Source: Histomonas meleagridis 2922-C6/04-290x (Eukaryota; Protista; Parabasalia). Taken from it: DNA of 64,000 bases. This document shows, in pieces, positions 35,085 through 48,379 of the stretch. The first letter of the stretch is position 1, and each line of letters starts with the position of its first letter. The notes under the pieces were generated by a model that saw only the letters and a program-made list of their open reading frames with translations, was not told where the DNA came from and did no database searches. Made by a program: the position numbers and the translations under genes. The DNA lies in contig JAANOX010000275.1 of the NCBI GenBank assembly GCA_020184695.1, positions 186,001 through 250,000 of the forward strand, written 5' to 3'.

Positions 35085-36461
35085 TATTAAGATATTGTAT
35101 GATTTAGTATGGAAAATGAAATTTTCATTTTTCTTATACATAAGAATTACACAAAGCTCTGAGCAGTTGGAGGGTATGGCTTTGATGTATTTGGTTAAAA
35201 TAAATTTTAATGTGATTTGATTCTTAAATTTTCGAAAAATAAAATAAATAAATGTATCCTGTTTCAATATATGTATGTGATGAATTAATATATGAAAATG
35301 TCCATGAATTTATTCGTGTATTCTATAATGATAATGTTTGTGTGATAAAATATATATGTTGAGATGCTTATAATAGTAGATGGTGAATTTATTAAAAATG
35401 ATTTTGCTAATGTATTACTTTAAATGAATGTAGATGATTTAGAATATGTATTTATTTGTAAAAATGCAAATTAATGATTGATTTATTACTTGATTTTCTA
35501 TAATATTTAATGATCCAAATGTAGTATTTAAATATATTAATGGAACAATAACATCATTCGTTATAACATTAAAAAATCAATTACTTCCGATCATTGGCGA
35601 TATTTCTTCTAAATGATGTATACATTTTAATAGTGGACAATTGTATTTCGAAATATTCGTAATATTTTCATTTATTATAATATATTCTAAATAAAAAATA
35701 AATGAAAATGAACATTTAGAAATATTTAATAACTATTTTGGATATAAAAATGTATTATTTTCTTGACCTGGCTGTATGATGATAATATTAATGTTTTTAT
35801 CATAAACATTACCATCTTCTTGATAATTAGAATATTGTGCATTATTTTTGATTATATTCATTTCAATTGATTTTGTTGAATGTGCATAATATTAACACAT
35901 ATAAGATCAAACTTATTTTTTTCTTTTTTCATATATCATTAGATATGTCTAATTAATATATATTAATAAAAATTATATAGACTATTTTTCATAATCAATT
36001 TAATGATATTTTCAGATAAATTAATATGTCAAGTTATTCATGAAATAGGGCATTTATTCAAATTATTCTCAAATTGGTAATTATTCATATATGATAATTG
36101 ATTTTTAAAACTATATAAATAATGAAAAATTATCAACTATTTATTTATTGTCAATATACACAAATATAAAATTACAATTCCAAATATGTATATAATTATT
36201 GATTGAATAAAAATACAAATATTATTTGACATTTTTTCCAATAATATAATACATTTTGATATATTATGTAATTAATATAAAAATTACAATAGTTATTTAT
36301 ATAAAAACATTTTAGAACTGATTCTAAGTAAATTGTTATAGTATTTCTAAACAATTCTTACAAATAGACATGTACGGCTGATGTATTCAATAATACTTAT
36401 GTTTTAACATGTCTGACCAAAAAACCTTGAGACGATAAGTTACCTACTTGAAGTCTTCAAA

Positions 36462-37100
36462 ATGGAAGGGAGCCAATTTATCCAAGAACCACAAATAATT
36501 GACCACAAAAAAGCGTGTTTGGTTCGGTTTCCAGCACGAATTTATGATCAGTTGGAAAAAGGAAATTTTTCAATTAAAATCATATCTGAAAAATCATTTG
36601 ATCTTTTGGATGAATCTTGTAATAAAATCGGTTCTTTTTCTTGTACAAGCAGCGGTAATGAAGAAACAGCAAAACTACAAAGTTTTCCCTTAGATTCGAT
36701 TTTGATGTCACAATTTAATTCATTTGTTCCAATTCTTTCGAATTTTCAAGATATAGATTTTAAGCCAGTAAATATTCAACAGTTTGAAACTGCAAAGGTT
36801 AATAAATCTAAAGTTTTATTATCTGCACAAGAAATACAAGTTGGCAATAGTACTACATTGAGATGGGACTATACTAAGCCTTACAATATGCTTAAGGATG
36901 CAAAAAGGAGATTCTACGAATCGCACTCATCTGCTCAAAAGCTTCTAAATGAATTGAAAAAAGCAATCAACAAAAATCCCAGTATCCTCTCAGATGTTTC
37001 TACACTATCCAATGTCAGTCAAGATATTACTTCATGGATTAGAGACATGAAAAATACAACAGATACAATTGAAACACTAGCTAAATCCATTCCTTCTTAG
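36462..37100 (+). CDS. hypothetical protein, 212 aa
   Basis: Intact ATG-initiated ORF with normal composition; no recognised domain. Confidence 0.7.
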   Translation: MEGSQFIQEPQIIDHKKACLVRFPARIYDQLEKGNFSIKIISEKSFDLLDESCNKIGSFSCTSSGNEETAKLQSFPLDSILMSQFNSFVPILSNFQDIDFKPVNIQQFETAKVNKSKVLLSAQEIQVGNSTTLRWDYTKPYNMLKDAKRRFYESHSSAQKLLNELKKAINKNPSILSDVSTLSNVSQDITSWIRDMKNTTDTIETLAKSIPS

Positions 37101-37348
37101 GCTAAGTTTATAGAAAAATGTTTTTAAACCCTTAAAAGGTAAATTTTTTATAAATTGAATATGTTAATTTTCAATAAGATTATTATATAAGTAAATGTTA
37201 AAACTACAAAAAATGTAAATAATTTTAACCATATAATTTTTGATTATATTTTAAACTAAACAACAAATTTTTTTCTCATCACTGAAGCAAAAATATTGTA
37301 TAGTTTACAAATCGATTTGTGAATACAGACATTTGATATGAAAAGCAA

Positions 37349-38353
37349 ATGTTTGGTTCACCAAACAAGATCATCAAGATCATTATTAGATCTCTTAGAA
37401 AAAAAGGAAAAATCGAACTATTTGTACCAGAAACATACTCAATATCTAACATTAAGAAAGCTGTATGCGAAAAAAACAATTTTTCTATAGATAAAATTCG
37501 TCTTTTATATCAAGGAAAATTATTAATTTCAGGACGAACTTTATTAGATTATTCTATTGGTGACGGAGAAACAATTTATGCAGTTCCTCAACCACGTGAA
37601 CCACCACAATATCTTCCAATTTCTTTTCATGTCAATGTAACATCAATTTCACCACAAATATTCAATTACCGCCCTGAGACCAGAGACTTTGATCGTCAGC
37701 TTGGTAACATGCGATACAAAATCGCTATCATCCAAGAACGATTCCACAAAGTCTTGTCATTTATAGCACAATCCCAAAAAGATCCACCTGAAAAACTGCA
37801 AGATAATGCAAGAACTATTGCCGGTATAATGAAGCATGTAATTGAAGAAACGAAGGAAGGGGTTACCAGTTTGAAGCAATATCATGTTATGGATAATCAC
37901 GGGCACCCCGGCGCCACTTTTACAAGAACTGTTCCTCTTTTGGAGCCCCCCGAATTTACACCCAACGGCATCATCGAACACATCACCGATGGACTAAGCG
38001 AACTATTCGGAGCAACTCCTGGATCAGGTCTTGTGCCAAGAACAGTGTTTACATTCCCAAATTTCCCACCTCCAAATGAAGCGGTTTCTGATAATATTGA
38101 TCTTTCATTAATGGAAGGAACAAGACAATTCTATCAAACAGAGAGAAATGCGCCTATACCAACAGCACCAATACCAAACGAAACAGTTCAGCAAGGTGTT
38201 CCAGATGCATTATATATCAATAACGATTTCACTCAAGAGGAAAAAGACATTATGGACAAGGACCGCATGATGATCGAAGAAGCTATTAAAGAAGGAAATA
38301 TGCCACAGATAGCTCCTGACTATTTCAGAACTAGGATAAATATAAATGATTAA
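37349..38353 (+). CDS. ubiquitin-like-domain protein (N-terminal UBL)
   Basis: SISNIKKAV...IRLLYQGKLL..GRTLLDYSIGDGETIYAV; Pro-rich middle; stop overlaps TAAA. Confidence 0.8.
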   Translation: MFGSPNKIIKIIIRSLRKKGKIELFVPETYSISNIKKAVCEKNNFSIDKIRLLYQGKLLISGRTLLDYSIGDGETIYAVPQPREPPQYLPISFHVNVTSISPQIFNYRPETRDFDRQLGNMRYKIAIIQERFHKVLSFIAQSQKDPPEKLQDNARTIAGIMKHVIEETKEGVTSLKQYHVMDNHGHPGATFTRTVPLLEPPEFTPNGIIEHITDGLSELFGATPGSGLVPRTVFTFPNFPPPNEAVSDNIDLSLMEGTRQFYQTERNAPIPTAPIPNETVQQGVPDALYINNDFTQEEKDIMDKDRMMIEEAIKEGNMPQIAPDYFRTRININD

Positions 38354-38589
38354 ATAATTCTTTTAAATATTTTGACCAATATCTAGATATTGTAAATTTT
38401 CTTTGGCAATTCATTAAAATAATTGGATATTTATGAATTGTACCAAAGGTTGGCAATGAAACATAATGTTCAAATATTTCGAACGATCATTAATTCAAAA
38501 TATTATAATTGATTTCTTTGTTGAAGACAATATAAAAGGTATGGTCATAACTTTTACACATAAAAAAGCACAACTCTATCATAAACTAA

Positions 38590-39310
38590 TACTATAGTGG
38601 TATCAAAAACAATTGAAATTTAATTCTTTGAATTTTGAAAATAGACCGTTTAATAATATGGACCAGAACAACTGGATAAAAAATGTTCCTCTACAATATT
38701 TCTACCAGGCAATCTACAACATTTTCAACCTAATGGGACGAAACACCATGGCAACAGCAAATCATTTAGGTATTTCATACAACACCGTTTCAACAGCTGT
38801 TGCATTTTGCCAAAACGGGAACAACCAACCACTACATTACAAGCAGGCAATTAGCTGATTTATTATTAAAAAAGTTTCCAGAAATCGAAACACCGTAGCA
38901 AACGCACTCAAAAGCATGGGATTTAAGTTTGTTAATCCGAGATGTTCGGTCAAAATTACCAAAAGTGAGAAAAAAGCACAAATAGATTGATGCAATTTTC
39001 ACAAACAAAATGGGACAAACTTTAAAAATGTTTTATTTTTCGCTGAGAGTTGGACATTGCAAAACTTCACATATCGAATGAAACATACATGTTACTTGAC
39101 TACTTTAGGGGTAAACTTCATGGAAGATTGGCCTCCATACTCTCCCGATTTAAACATAATCTAGAAACCATGCAAAACAATTCATGAGCTATAGATAATT
39201 ATCCAAGATATCTGGAATAATCTTTCCTCTGAAACAATTGATAAGCTTGTTCAGACAATGCCATAGATAATCCAAGCCTGCATTCAAAATATTGGTTTCA
39301 TTGTCCTTAA
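38590..39310 (+). mobile_element. deleted, degenerate Tc1 remnant
   Basis: HTH ATANHLGISYNTV, GTNFKNVLF, EDWPPYSPDLNII. Confidence 0.65.
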
Positions 39311-40195
39311 TTATTAAGTAGACAGAATTCAATTTCACAAAATAGGTTCAAACAATATTCTCGAATTCGGAATTTACATATAACGGTTAGCCGTTAATTT
39401 TTCTCTGTTCGTGTTCTATCGTTTCGACCGTTTTTGCTCTCACTATATATGTCGATGTCGACACTTTTTATCATTTTTTGACTAAATAACAATTCAAATT
39501 GAATACAGATTATATAAAATATAACGATTGAATGAATTATATAAAAGTAAAGTAAGAAAATACAGATCACAAATAGAAATAGTATAAAGTAAGAATGCTA
39601 GTAATGCTTATCTAAATTCGAAATGAATAAAATCAGCAAAAGAAGTTGCTGAAAAAAAACAACAAACTATTAATTTTATGAAAGAAAAAATAGTAGAGGA
39701 GCTTTAGAAAAGGCTGATCAACAATTAACATGAATTATTTATACTCATAATTTTGAGACGATCTGTATATATAGTAGCGTGAGTAGTATCAGTTTGATTC
39801 ATTTTACCAACGTTTCCATCTGAAGTTGATGTAGAATACGCATACTTTCATATAATTTCATATAATTTCCGATAACTTATATGCTACATTTACTGCATTA
39901 TACCAGTTTTCTAAATTTCCGCTCATTGCATCTATAACATTTGTTTGTTGATTCTATGGAGAAAACATTTAGATAAGATAAAATAGTTAATCAACTTATA
40001 AGTTGTTATAATACATCATCAAAATATTGTAAATGAGTTATATCATATCTATCATAAGATAAATTAAAATTATTATATTGAGGATACATTCTAATATCGT
40101 TTTTCCATCCATCTTCACCTTACATATTATGGTCAATATCATCTAGAAATATTAAAATCGAGAAAAGAGTTGCAGAATATAATCCACTTTTATTA

Positions 40196-41100
40196 TTGTT
40201 GTGTAGAGGTCACGTTCATTTAATATTATTTCAGACCGCGAAAAATTTAGATGCAATTTTTGCAACTGCACACTATATTTTTAAATATAATATGAAACCG
40301 AAACCTGCATATGTAGCAAATTTATCAATAGATAATGCAGTGTTCGCCCAAATATATGCTCGTGTTCTTTCAGTTGAAGAATGTATATCAAGAATATTTG
40401 GTCTTGATTTTTGCGTCCACGATATCAAGTGCATTCATCAAAGTGGTGCTCCTCCAGAATTAAGAAATGCAATGTACAATTACACTGGAAATCAAGTTCA
40501 TATAAATCCAGTTGGAATCTCTTATCATCGTCTTTTGAAAAAAATTGACTCTGCAAAATTTGGTCTTGATACAATATTGAAGTTGATGAAAATGGTATCA
40601 AACGACTCGATGATCCTCTTTATTATAATCGAATTTGTTTACCAAATACTATAAATCGAAATCACCCAAGTGATAGTACTTTTGAAGATCAATTACAACT
40701 TCATGGAGATATATTATAATGCCAGAAGTAAAAAGACAGCAATTGTTGTTTCGAACGAATATTATTTCTATTCAAAAAGAGAACATTGTCGTTTTCATTT
40801 GACATTTTCATCTGGATGCTGGAGATCTGAATGAAATTTTAAGTAATTATGGAAGTTATGAAGCAACTGCTAAACATCATGGGGTATTCATTAATCACAT
40901 TCATTCAGAGGCAGATCATTTATATCTAAGCTACATTAATTATAAGTTTCGTTCAATTGATTATTCACTTTATGATATTGCAATATTGAGTACAGGAAAA
41001 AGTTTTTGATTCGAAAATTTTGTATTGTCAAAATACATAGTTTTATTACAACAGGTATTGCAGCTTCTTCAATTAATTAAAAAATTTTTCGTATTGCATT
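40196..41100 (+). mobile_element. Helitron Rep-helicase remnant with deletions
   Basis: RGHVHLILF (HUH), HYIFKY, ARVLSVEECISRIFG, then STGKSF (40989) and TTGIAASSI (41048). Confidence 0.65.
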
Positions 41101-41644
41101 TTCAATTTGGATGTCACCCATGGTCCAGTCTCAACTTCAAATATTAATGTTGAAATTTTATCATAGAATCGTGATTTGTTATTTATTTCAAATAATTCTA
41201 TGAAATCTTGAGACAGCGATCACAGGAAATGCAATAACAACAAATTGTCAAAGGAATAAACTCGTATTATAATAATCGAAGAAACGCCAATTCATTCAAA
41301 GCATCAACGCACATCTAAAAAAGTAAACCATCATTCAAATCAGACATCAAAACAACATCAAATTAAAGAAGCGGCTGGAATGCAAATTTGCATGCCCAAA
41401 TTAATTACAATCACATGACATCTCAAAATCTCCTCTTACTCAACTGAAACCTTCACCATTGATACCACAACAAAAGAATATACTCAATTGAGGAGATAAC
41501 AAAATTGTTTTTTCGTATGATTTTTTGTTAATAAAGTTTACGGCTTTTTTTTTTTTTGTACTTCGTTGTCTTTGTTCTGTTGCGATTTTAGTAAACGATC
41601 ACAAAATGGGGTGCCCCGACAGTTCGTTTGCAATTTTATACAAA

Positions 41645-42400
41645 ATGAGCCATGAAACAGTGCCTCGTTCGGCTAAGCCAATGTCATTAACAAATATGGC
41701 AAGCCAAGTATTTTCAATATTAAAAGAAAATGGCCAAACAACTTTTGATGAAGTAGCTGATAAAATCTTTGAAACTATTGGAGAAAAAACAATGGATACA
41801 ACTAATGATCAAAGAACTCTAAAAAGAAGAGTTTATGACGTTTTGAACGTTTTATGCGCTGCTGGATTTGTAAACAAAGATAAAAAGACAATCACCTACC
41901 AAAAATTTAACACAGATTTAAAACTAGGAACTCCTGAACAAAGTCAAATTGCTGAAAGAATAGCTCAAAAAGAGCGAGAGCTTGTTGTCAAAACTAAATT
42001 GTTGATATATTATAAATTACTTATTGAAAGAAATAGAAAAACACAAAGACCTGCAACAGCAGTACAGCTTTCGTCTATTTTTGTCGGCTTCAGAGATGTT
42101 GGTAATGGACAAATTCAAAGATCTTTAAATGGCCATGAACTAGTGATTATTTCACGTTCACCTCCATTATTTTTTTCTCCATTGGACGTGTTTGAGGGGA
42201 TATCTTTTCCACATCGTCTAAAAGTTGAATGTTTAAGAAGAATACCTGACTTGTCTTGTTTGGAATCTCTTGTTTTCAATAATCTCAGAGATAAACTTTC
42301 CTTGCATCAAGCAATGTCATTTGAACCATCAGACTTACAACAAAGCATACCGTTTGAGACCTTGGACATGCAACAAGATGAAGCACAACAGACCGAGTGA
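41645..42400 (+). CDS. E2F/DP-family transcription factor (DP-like winged helix)
   Basis: TTFDEVAD...QRTLKRRVYDVLNVL...KDKKTITY matches the DP/E2F RRxYD motif; start ATG 41645 inferred. Confidence 0.85.
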   Translation: MSHETVPRSAKPMSLTNMASQVFSILKENGQTTFDEVADKIFETIGEKTMDTTNDQRTLKRRVYDVLNVLCAAGFVNKDKKTITYQKFNTDLKLGTPEQSQIAERIAQKERELVVKTKLLIYYKLLIERNRKTQRPATAVQLSSIFVGFRDVGNGQIQRSLNGHELVIISRSPPLFFSPLDVFEGISFPHRLKVECLRRIPDLSCLESLVFNNLRDKLSLHQAMSFEPSDLQQSIPFETLDMQQDEAQQTE

Positions 42401-43659
42401 TAATGTTTATGTTTTAGCGCCATTGTTGTATCGACTAATTTAATTTTAATAAACTTTTCAAAAATGTAAGACGATACAAAACTTTTCCCGCCTGAGAAGA
42501 AAACAATGAAAAGATAAATTATTCATTCGAAATTAATCAACTTTGTTTTAATAAACTTGTTCCTTTAAGTTTATCTTTTGGAAGTTGTCAATAAAAACTT
42601 ATTATTTTTGAAAATTTCTGGATAGTTTTTAATATAATCAATTGAGATCTTCATAAGTAATGCCACTAAAACTCTTTTTTTAATGAAGACAGATATAAGT
42701 AAACAATAAAGTACATTAACCATAAAAATTTAATAGCACAATGAAAATAACAAATCCATTAACATATAAAAATAAAAAGTATAATGGTTTTTATATACAA
42801 ACAAATCACTTTTCTTTATCCATATTCATTTGCATCACTTTGCCAAATTCGTTTCCAATTAGTTATCATGAAATGAAGCAGTGGAACATGCTCATTTTTA
42901 GAGCACCACAACGACTTAAGACAGTTACTGCCTTAAATAAACAAATGTGTTTCATTATCATCATCTAAAAAAACAAATACCATTTTCAAAATTTTATGTG
43001 CGATAATATTTTTGATTTTATTTTTGGGCTTATAAAATTTTAAAATTTAATTTTTGGATTTAAAACATGAACAATAATTTTTTCATTAATTATAAAATCA
43101 GAATTTATCGACTTTTCAAATCAAAACTTATTTTTTTATCTTCTTTCATATAATAATTTGGAATTGAATCTTTCGCATAAGTGACAAACTCTATCGGCCA
43201 TCTGAAAATTTGAATTCCGGAAAGCGGTTAATTTCTGAGGTTTTAAAATTTTGTTAACAAAACAAAGTCTTTCAATAATTCATCAATTGCTTAAAATATA
43301 TATTTAATATTTATTTCATTAATATGATAAACATTTGTTACAAAAGATGAATATGTATTATAATTGTTTTTAAGCTCAAAATTATTTCCAAAGTTAAATG
43401 ACATTAAAAATTTTTTGATTAATAATAATTAAAATCGGACCAAGTTTGATGCATCTTGAATCAAGGGTAAAGCTAACATTATTAATTGACTTTTAATCTT
43501 TGATTCATATGGTTGAATAAATGATATCATATAACATTAATGTTGATATTGAAGCTGATCGTATTAAAAGGATTTTTATCAAAAATTTTTATGCTGTCTT
43601 TTGATATAAGTTTTAGAAAAAATAGATTCAATAGAAAACAGACGAATTAGATAACATCT

Positions 43660-43998
43660 TTGATGAGCAGCATTGCTTATTGGCTGCGTATGGGATTGGG
43701 AATGCGTTCATGCTCCAGGATAGTATTTCCTTTTGGCACTTATCCTTATCCTTTGGATTCTTTGCGAAGAATTTGAGGCATTTCATTGCAAAAGAATAAT
43801 AGTAAAGTAAATAAGAAGATGATCAGCATCATTCTTGATCTTGAAATCGCGCATGAAAAAGTTTGTACGGAAGTGGTAAAGTTCATCAACAATATCAAAA
43901 GATGGTGTTGTTTGTCTCTTGGAAGTGCCACAGATTGGAAGAATTGGAATACCGGCAATAACTTGGGCACTAGTGTTTATAAAAACGATGCCTGGCAT
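43660..43998 (-). pseudogene. ARPC3: Arp2/3 complex subunit 3 (p21-Arc) pseudogene
   Basis: FDIVDELYHFRTNFFMRDFKIKNDADHLLIYFT; after a 1-nt frameshift (~43790) AMKCLK...CQKEILSWSMNAFPIP-YAANKQ; C-terminus lost. Confidence 0.75.
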
Positions 43999-44400
43999 CA
44001 GTTCCGGCCACAAAAATTGTCCACTTTTTCACACAAAAATTTTTGTTGACAAAAAATAAATGTATTTTCGTTATTGCGGGCCACCCTTGCTGAGCCGAAT
44101 TCCAAAAAGGTCTGTTTTCAAAATTACAAGAATTTTTTTTAGCAAACAAAATTTTAATGTGATAAAATATGATATAAAATATAAATTTCAGCATTATTAA
44201 TGATCTTATTTGAGATTCAATGATTAGATGTCAATCATAAAAATTCGAAAGAAAGAGAGGAAAAAGCAAAAAATTAATTAGAAGAGAGACAAAAGTAGAT
44301 TTTTAAGCAATATTTAAAGGTTATACTAATGTACGAATATTTATATATTTCGAAATTTGATCAAAGAATTATTTCATTATTTTTTGATGATTAATACATA

Positions 44401-45420
44401 TAGGGGGTCAAAAAGTTCGTGTAATTCAACTTTTTCTCAATAAATGAACTAGATATAAAAAATTTTTTTATTAATTTGTGTAGTACTCCCCTTTGTTATT
44501 AATAACCCATTCTAGACGGCGGCACCATTCTTTATATACATCTTCAATTTCTTGTGTTGAAATTCCATTGAGAATTTCCGAAATTTTTATAATTAATTCG
44601 TTCTCGTTATTGAATGTGTAGCCTTTGATCCGTTCTTTTACAACACCGAATAGCCAAAAGTCACAAGGAGCAATATCTGGTGAATAAGCAGGGTGAGACA
44701 TTCTTCGAATGCCTAAATTTTGTATCTCGTCGGAAGTAACGGTCGCGTTGTGTGACGGTGCATTGTCGATATGTAAAAAACAACCTGAAACTCCCAACCT
44801 TTTTCTTCTTTGTTTTACATTATTATTTAACTTTTGGAGTATACCTTGTATCATATACTGTGCACTAAATTTTATATTATTTAATAAAGGATCTATTAAG
44901 ATAATCCCTGCCGTACTTAGGTATACGCTAATCATCGTTTTGTTAACCGTCATAATTCTTTTGAGAATTTCTGGCCTTTTGCTTCCAATTGGAAACCATT
45001 GACTTGTATTGTTGTTTTCCCAATATATCCATGTTTCATCACCTGTAATTATGTTGCACCAGAAGTTTTTATTGTTTCTGAGAATTTCTAACATTTCGTG
45101 TGCAGCCTGAACCCTATTGGCTTTTTGAGTTGATGGGGGATCCATCGAAAATTCAACTTCACATTACCAATTTTATCATGTAAAACCTAAAGAATTGTTG
45201 TCTTAGGAGCTCCCAACATATTGGCAATAGCTTCTGCTGATAAAAATGGATAGTTCATTAAAAGATCCTGCACTTGGAACTAATGAAGTATTTTTAGGTC
45301 TCCCTGTACGGTGTTCGTCATCAAGATATTCTGAGCCTTCTTCAAATCTTTTGAACCATTTTCTTATAGTATTTTCATGAGTCATTTTTTGAATCATTTG
45401 AACATAATTTCATCCAATAT
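44401..45420 (-). mobile_element. mariner element; C-terminal 224-aa ORF open, N-terminus frameshifted
   Basis: TA|TAGGGGGTCAAAAAGT terminus at 44401; ITGDETW, HIDNAPSH, YSPDIAPCDF. Second TIR not confidently found. Confidence 0.85.
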
Positions 45421-46322
45421 CAATAAAAATAATCTCCATAGGAGTTGATACTAAAAATATCAAATGTATCATGCGATATAGCAATTTTTCTCGAGGTTTG
45501 AAACATATTATGTTCCGAAAAGGATAAATCGATGAATTATATTATGAAGTAAAAATTAACATGTTCAAAATTGATTATTGTATTTGCTTTCATCTACTTG
45601 TAAGCGAAAACTTTTTCCTTCTGATCGATTTTGAGTATTATTCTTTTGAATCTTCCAATCAATCAATATCATTATTTCCTGTATTTCACATCACATTTAC
45701 CCGCGCACTTTTTTTGGGATGCCAAAAGATCCATATGCTGCTAGACATGCCAAGCAATTAAACAAGCAAAAAGGGGAAAAAAATAATAATCAAAGAATAA
45801 TGGGTCGTCAGAATGCCCAAATCGAAAAATTAAAACAATCTCATATCGATTAAAGTCTTCTACAATTTTGGACAAAGAATTGGACTGTAGAAAATAACAA
45901 ACTAATCAGGAACTATTCTAAAACGATGCTTCGAACTAAATGATGAACGTTAATAAAAGTTACCACTTTTTAAATAGAAACCGATTATATCGAATACAAT
46001 TTTTTGTAATTTTAAAATAATTTTTTTGCAAAATTGATCAGAAGATTCTTTTATTCCTATCCGTATATTGATATACAATGTAAATTTAATTCACTTATAG
46101 ATTTTGAAAGCTTTTACAATAAAAATTGGTAGATTGCACTCCTCTGAAAATATTATCCGATTTTCGATAAAGAGATCATAATCATTTCAAAAAGTGAATG
46201 ATAAGAAAATATATTATTGAATCTGATACACTTAGAACCTCATTATTCTACCCAGTTTTTCCATAGTTTTCATTTATTGTAAACCATTTAACGTAGTCTG
46301 TTCTGACAAAAGTGCGGCCATT

Positions 46323-47100
46323 ATGAACCAGTTCAAGTTATCACATCGTTTCAAAGCCAAAAGGCATTGGACTCGTTATCACGAAGACAAAACATTGATA
46401 GAAGATATATTTCATGTTTTTGATTTGTACATGAAACTTAGATATTCAAAAGAGTACAGATGTCCCGTCCAGGCTTCTTTCAAAATAAAAAAAAAATTAT
46501 CTCAAAGAGAAAAACTATCGTGCCGGACAGCAGAATGGTGTTTGAAGAAGGAGATTCACTCCAAAGAAAAAGCAGTTGCAGATTACATCAAAATCCAATA
46601 TATTATTCCGGTAATTGTTGTGAAGATGAAACAACTACGACTTTTTCTTATATAATTATGGAAGTCTTTAGATGTACAAGAACGCTCCAATATAAACATA
46701 CCTTTCTCTTACCATTTTTGTTTCAGACTTTTGTGAACGAAATGGCCTTTCCTTCATAAAGATGAGAAAGAAGAAAAGAATGGAAATTTCTCAAGAAGAA
46801 GTTGATGAATTTGCCAATCTTCATTTGAATGCAATAGCAAATTATGAAGACGATGATATCATCAATATACACAAGACTTCGTGGAACCATGTTTTTGTCA
46901 GAAGCCAAGTTCTTGCCCAAAGAGGTCAGGAAGAAGTCAATGCACAGCTCCCGGATGATCATAACAAAAACTTTTCAGTAATTGCTAATATTTCTTGTTC
47001 AGGCAAAAAATATCCGATGATATTTATTGCACACGGGAAAACGAACGCATGTCATGAACGATTTGTTGAAGTCAAACCCCTGCAAGTATGAAATATTGCA
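46323..47100 (+). mobile_element. pogo/DDE_1-like transposase remnant
   Basis: DIINIHKTSW (degenerate NxDET), FSVIANISCSGKKYPMIFIAHGKT. Confidence 0.6.
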
Positions 47101-47642
47101 TTCAAAAGGAGGAAATACTTCCGAGTCATGCATGATCGAATACTTGCGTTTACTTCGCAAGTGGAAATACAATGATAAATGCGTTATTTGTGATTGAAAA
47201 AAGATCATCCAAAAAACCGCTAGGAATACGATCAAAATAATATCAATTACAAATAACAAGAAGACGAAAAGAAGGAAAAGAAATCTCAAAATAGGTCAGA
47301 AGAGATAACCTACGCAATAAAAATCAGATGATTTGATGGGTTGTGTGTGAAATTATGATTAATAAAAATTTAATGATCTAAAACAAAGGTTTGTTTTAGT
47401 TTTTTAAAAAACCTGTTCAATTGAACAATGAATTACCCGTTGCTTTCTCTCATTAGGTATTCGAAGTGTTCTTTGTTATGTATTATTGAGCCAGATGTGG
47501 GTGGTGATTTTTGTTGACATAAAATAACGTATTTTGTATTTAATACAAAGAGAAACCGGTGGCGAAAAAGTAAAAAAAATGATAAAATCAAGTAAGTAAA
47601 ATATTCAAAATTATAATTCAGTTAATCAAGAAATTTCACCAA

Positions 47643-48200
47643 TTATTGCTTTCCAGCATTTTTCGATTGTATTTCCAATATTTCTTCTTTCGAAAGCAGC
47701 ATACATGAATATATGATTCGAATCATATATGATAGAAATATGATAGAAATGAGCTCATTTCTATTTCTAAATCCATTTTTTATAAAAAATCCTTTCATGA
47801 GATTCCATGTACCTTCTATTTTTCGAGTATTTGTATCAGTGATTCGATCTACGAATTTTTCTGAGTAATTTACTGTTTTGTGTACAAAACCTAAATCACC
47901 AAGAGTATTATATGCCTTCCAATCAACAGACCAAATTTCTGAATTAGGTTCAACTGTTAAACAAATAAGTGGAATGAGAATCTCTTTCGATCTATTTTCG
48001 CAAATCTCTGCGACATCTCTCATTGTTTTACTGTCTATTTCGCCATAAACCCAAATTTCTTCTTATTCCTTTGTTGTATTTAGCACCGAAAAAATAACTT
48101 TCATCAATTTCGTCTATTCCATCACCAAGTAAATTTTGAGCTATATCTTTTCGATATCTTTTTATGCAATAAATCGAAAAGTTTGAAACCTTGTTATTAC
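47643..48200 (-). mobile_element. Merlin / IS1595 (ISXO2-like) transposase remnant
   Basis: EIDESYFFGAKYNKG, VEPNSEIWSVDWKAYNTL, VHKTVNYSEKFVD, NTRKIEGTW. Confidence 0.8.
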
Positions 48201-48379
48201 TGATCGTTCACATACACCTTTAATTTTAGATGTAGTTCTTATATCAAAACCTTCTATTCAACATGCTGAAATGTAAACAAATCCCCTTAATGAAAGTTTT
48301 GATTGTGATACCCATGAATCTAATCTGATTGATTTTGAATTTCTTCATTTATTTGAGCATCATTAATTTGTCGCTTTAA

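Noticed and set aside
35100-36400. AT-rich stretch with traces of decayed coding sequence
   Set aside because: No recognisable motif or ORF of 60 aa or more.
45690-45722. Possible second TIR of the 44401 mariner
   Set aside because: The spacing fits (~1.3 kb) but the similarity is too weak.
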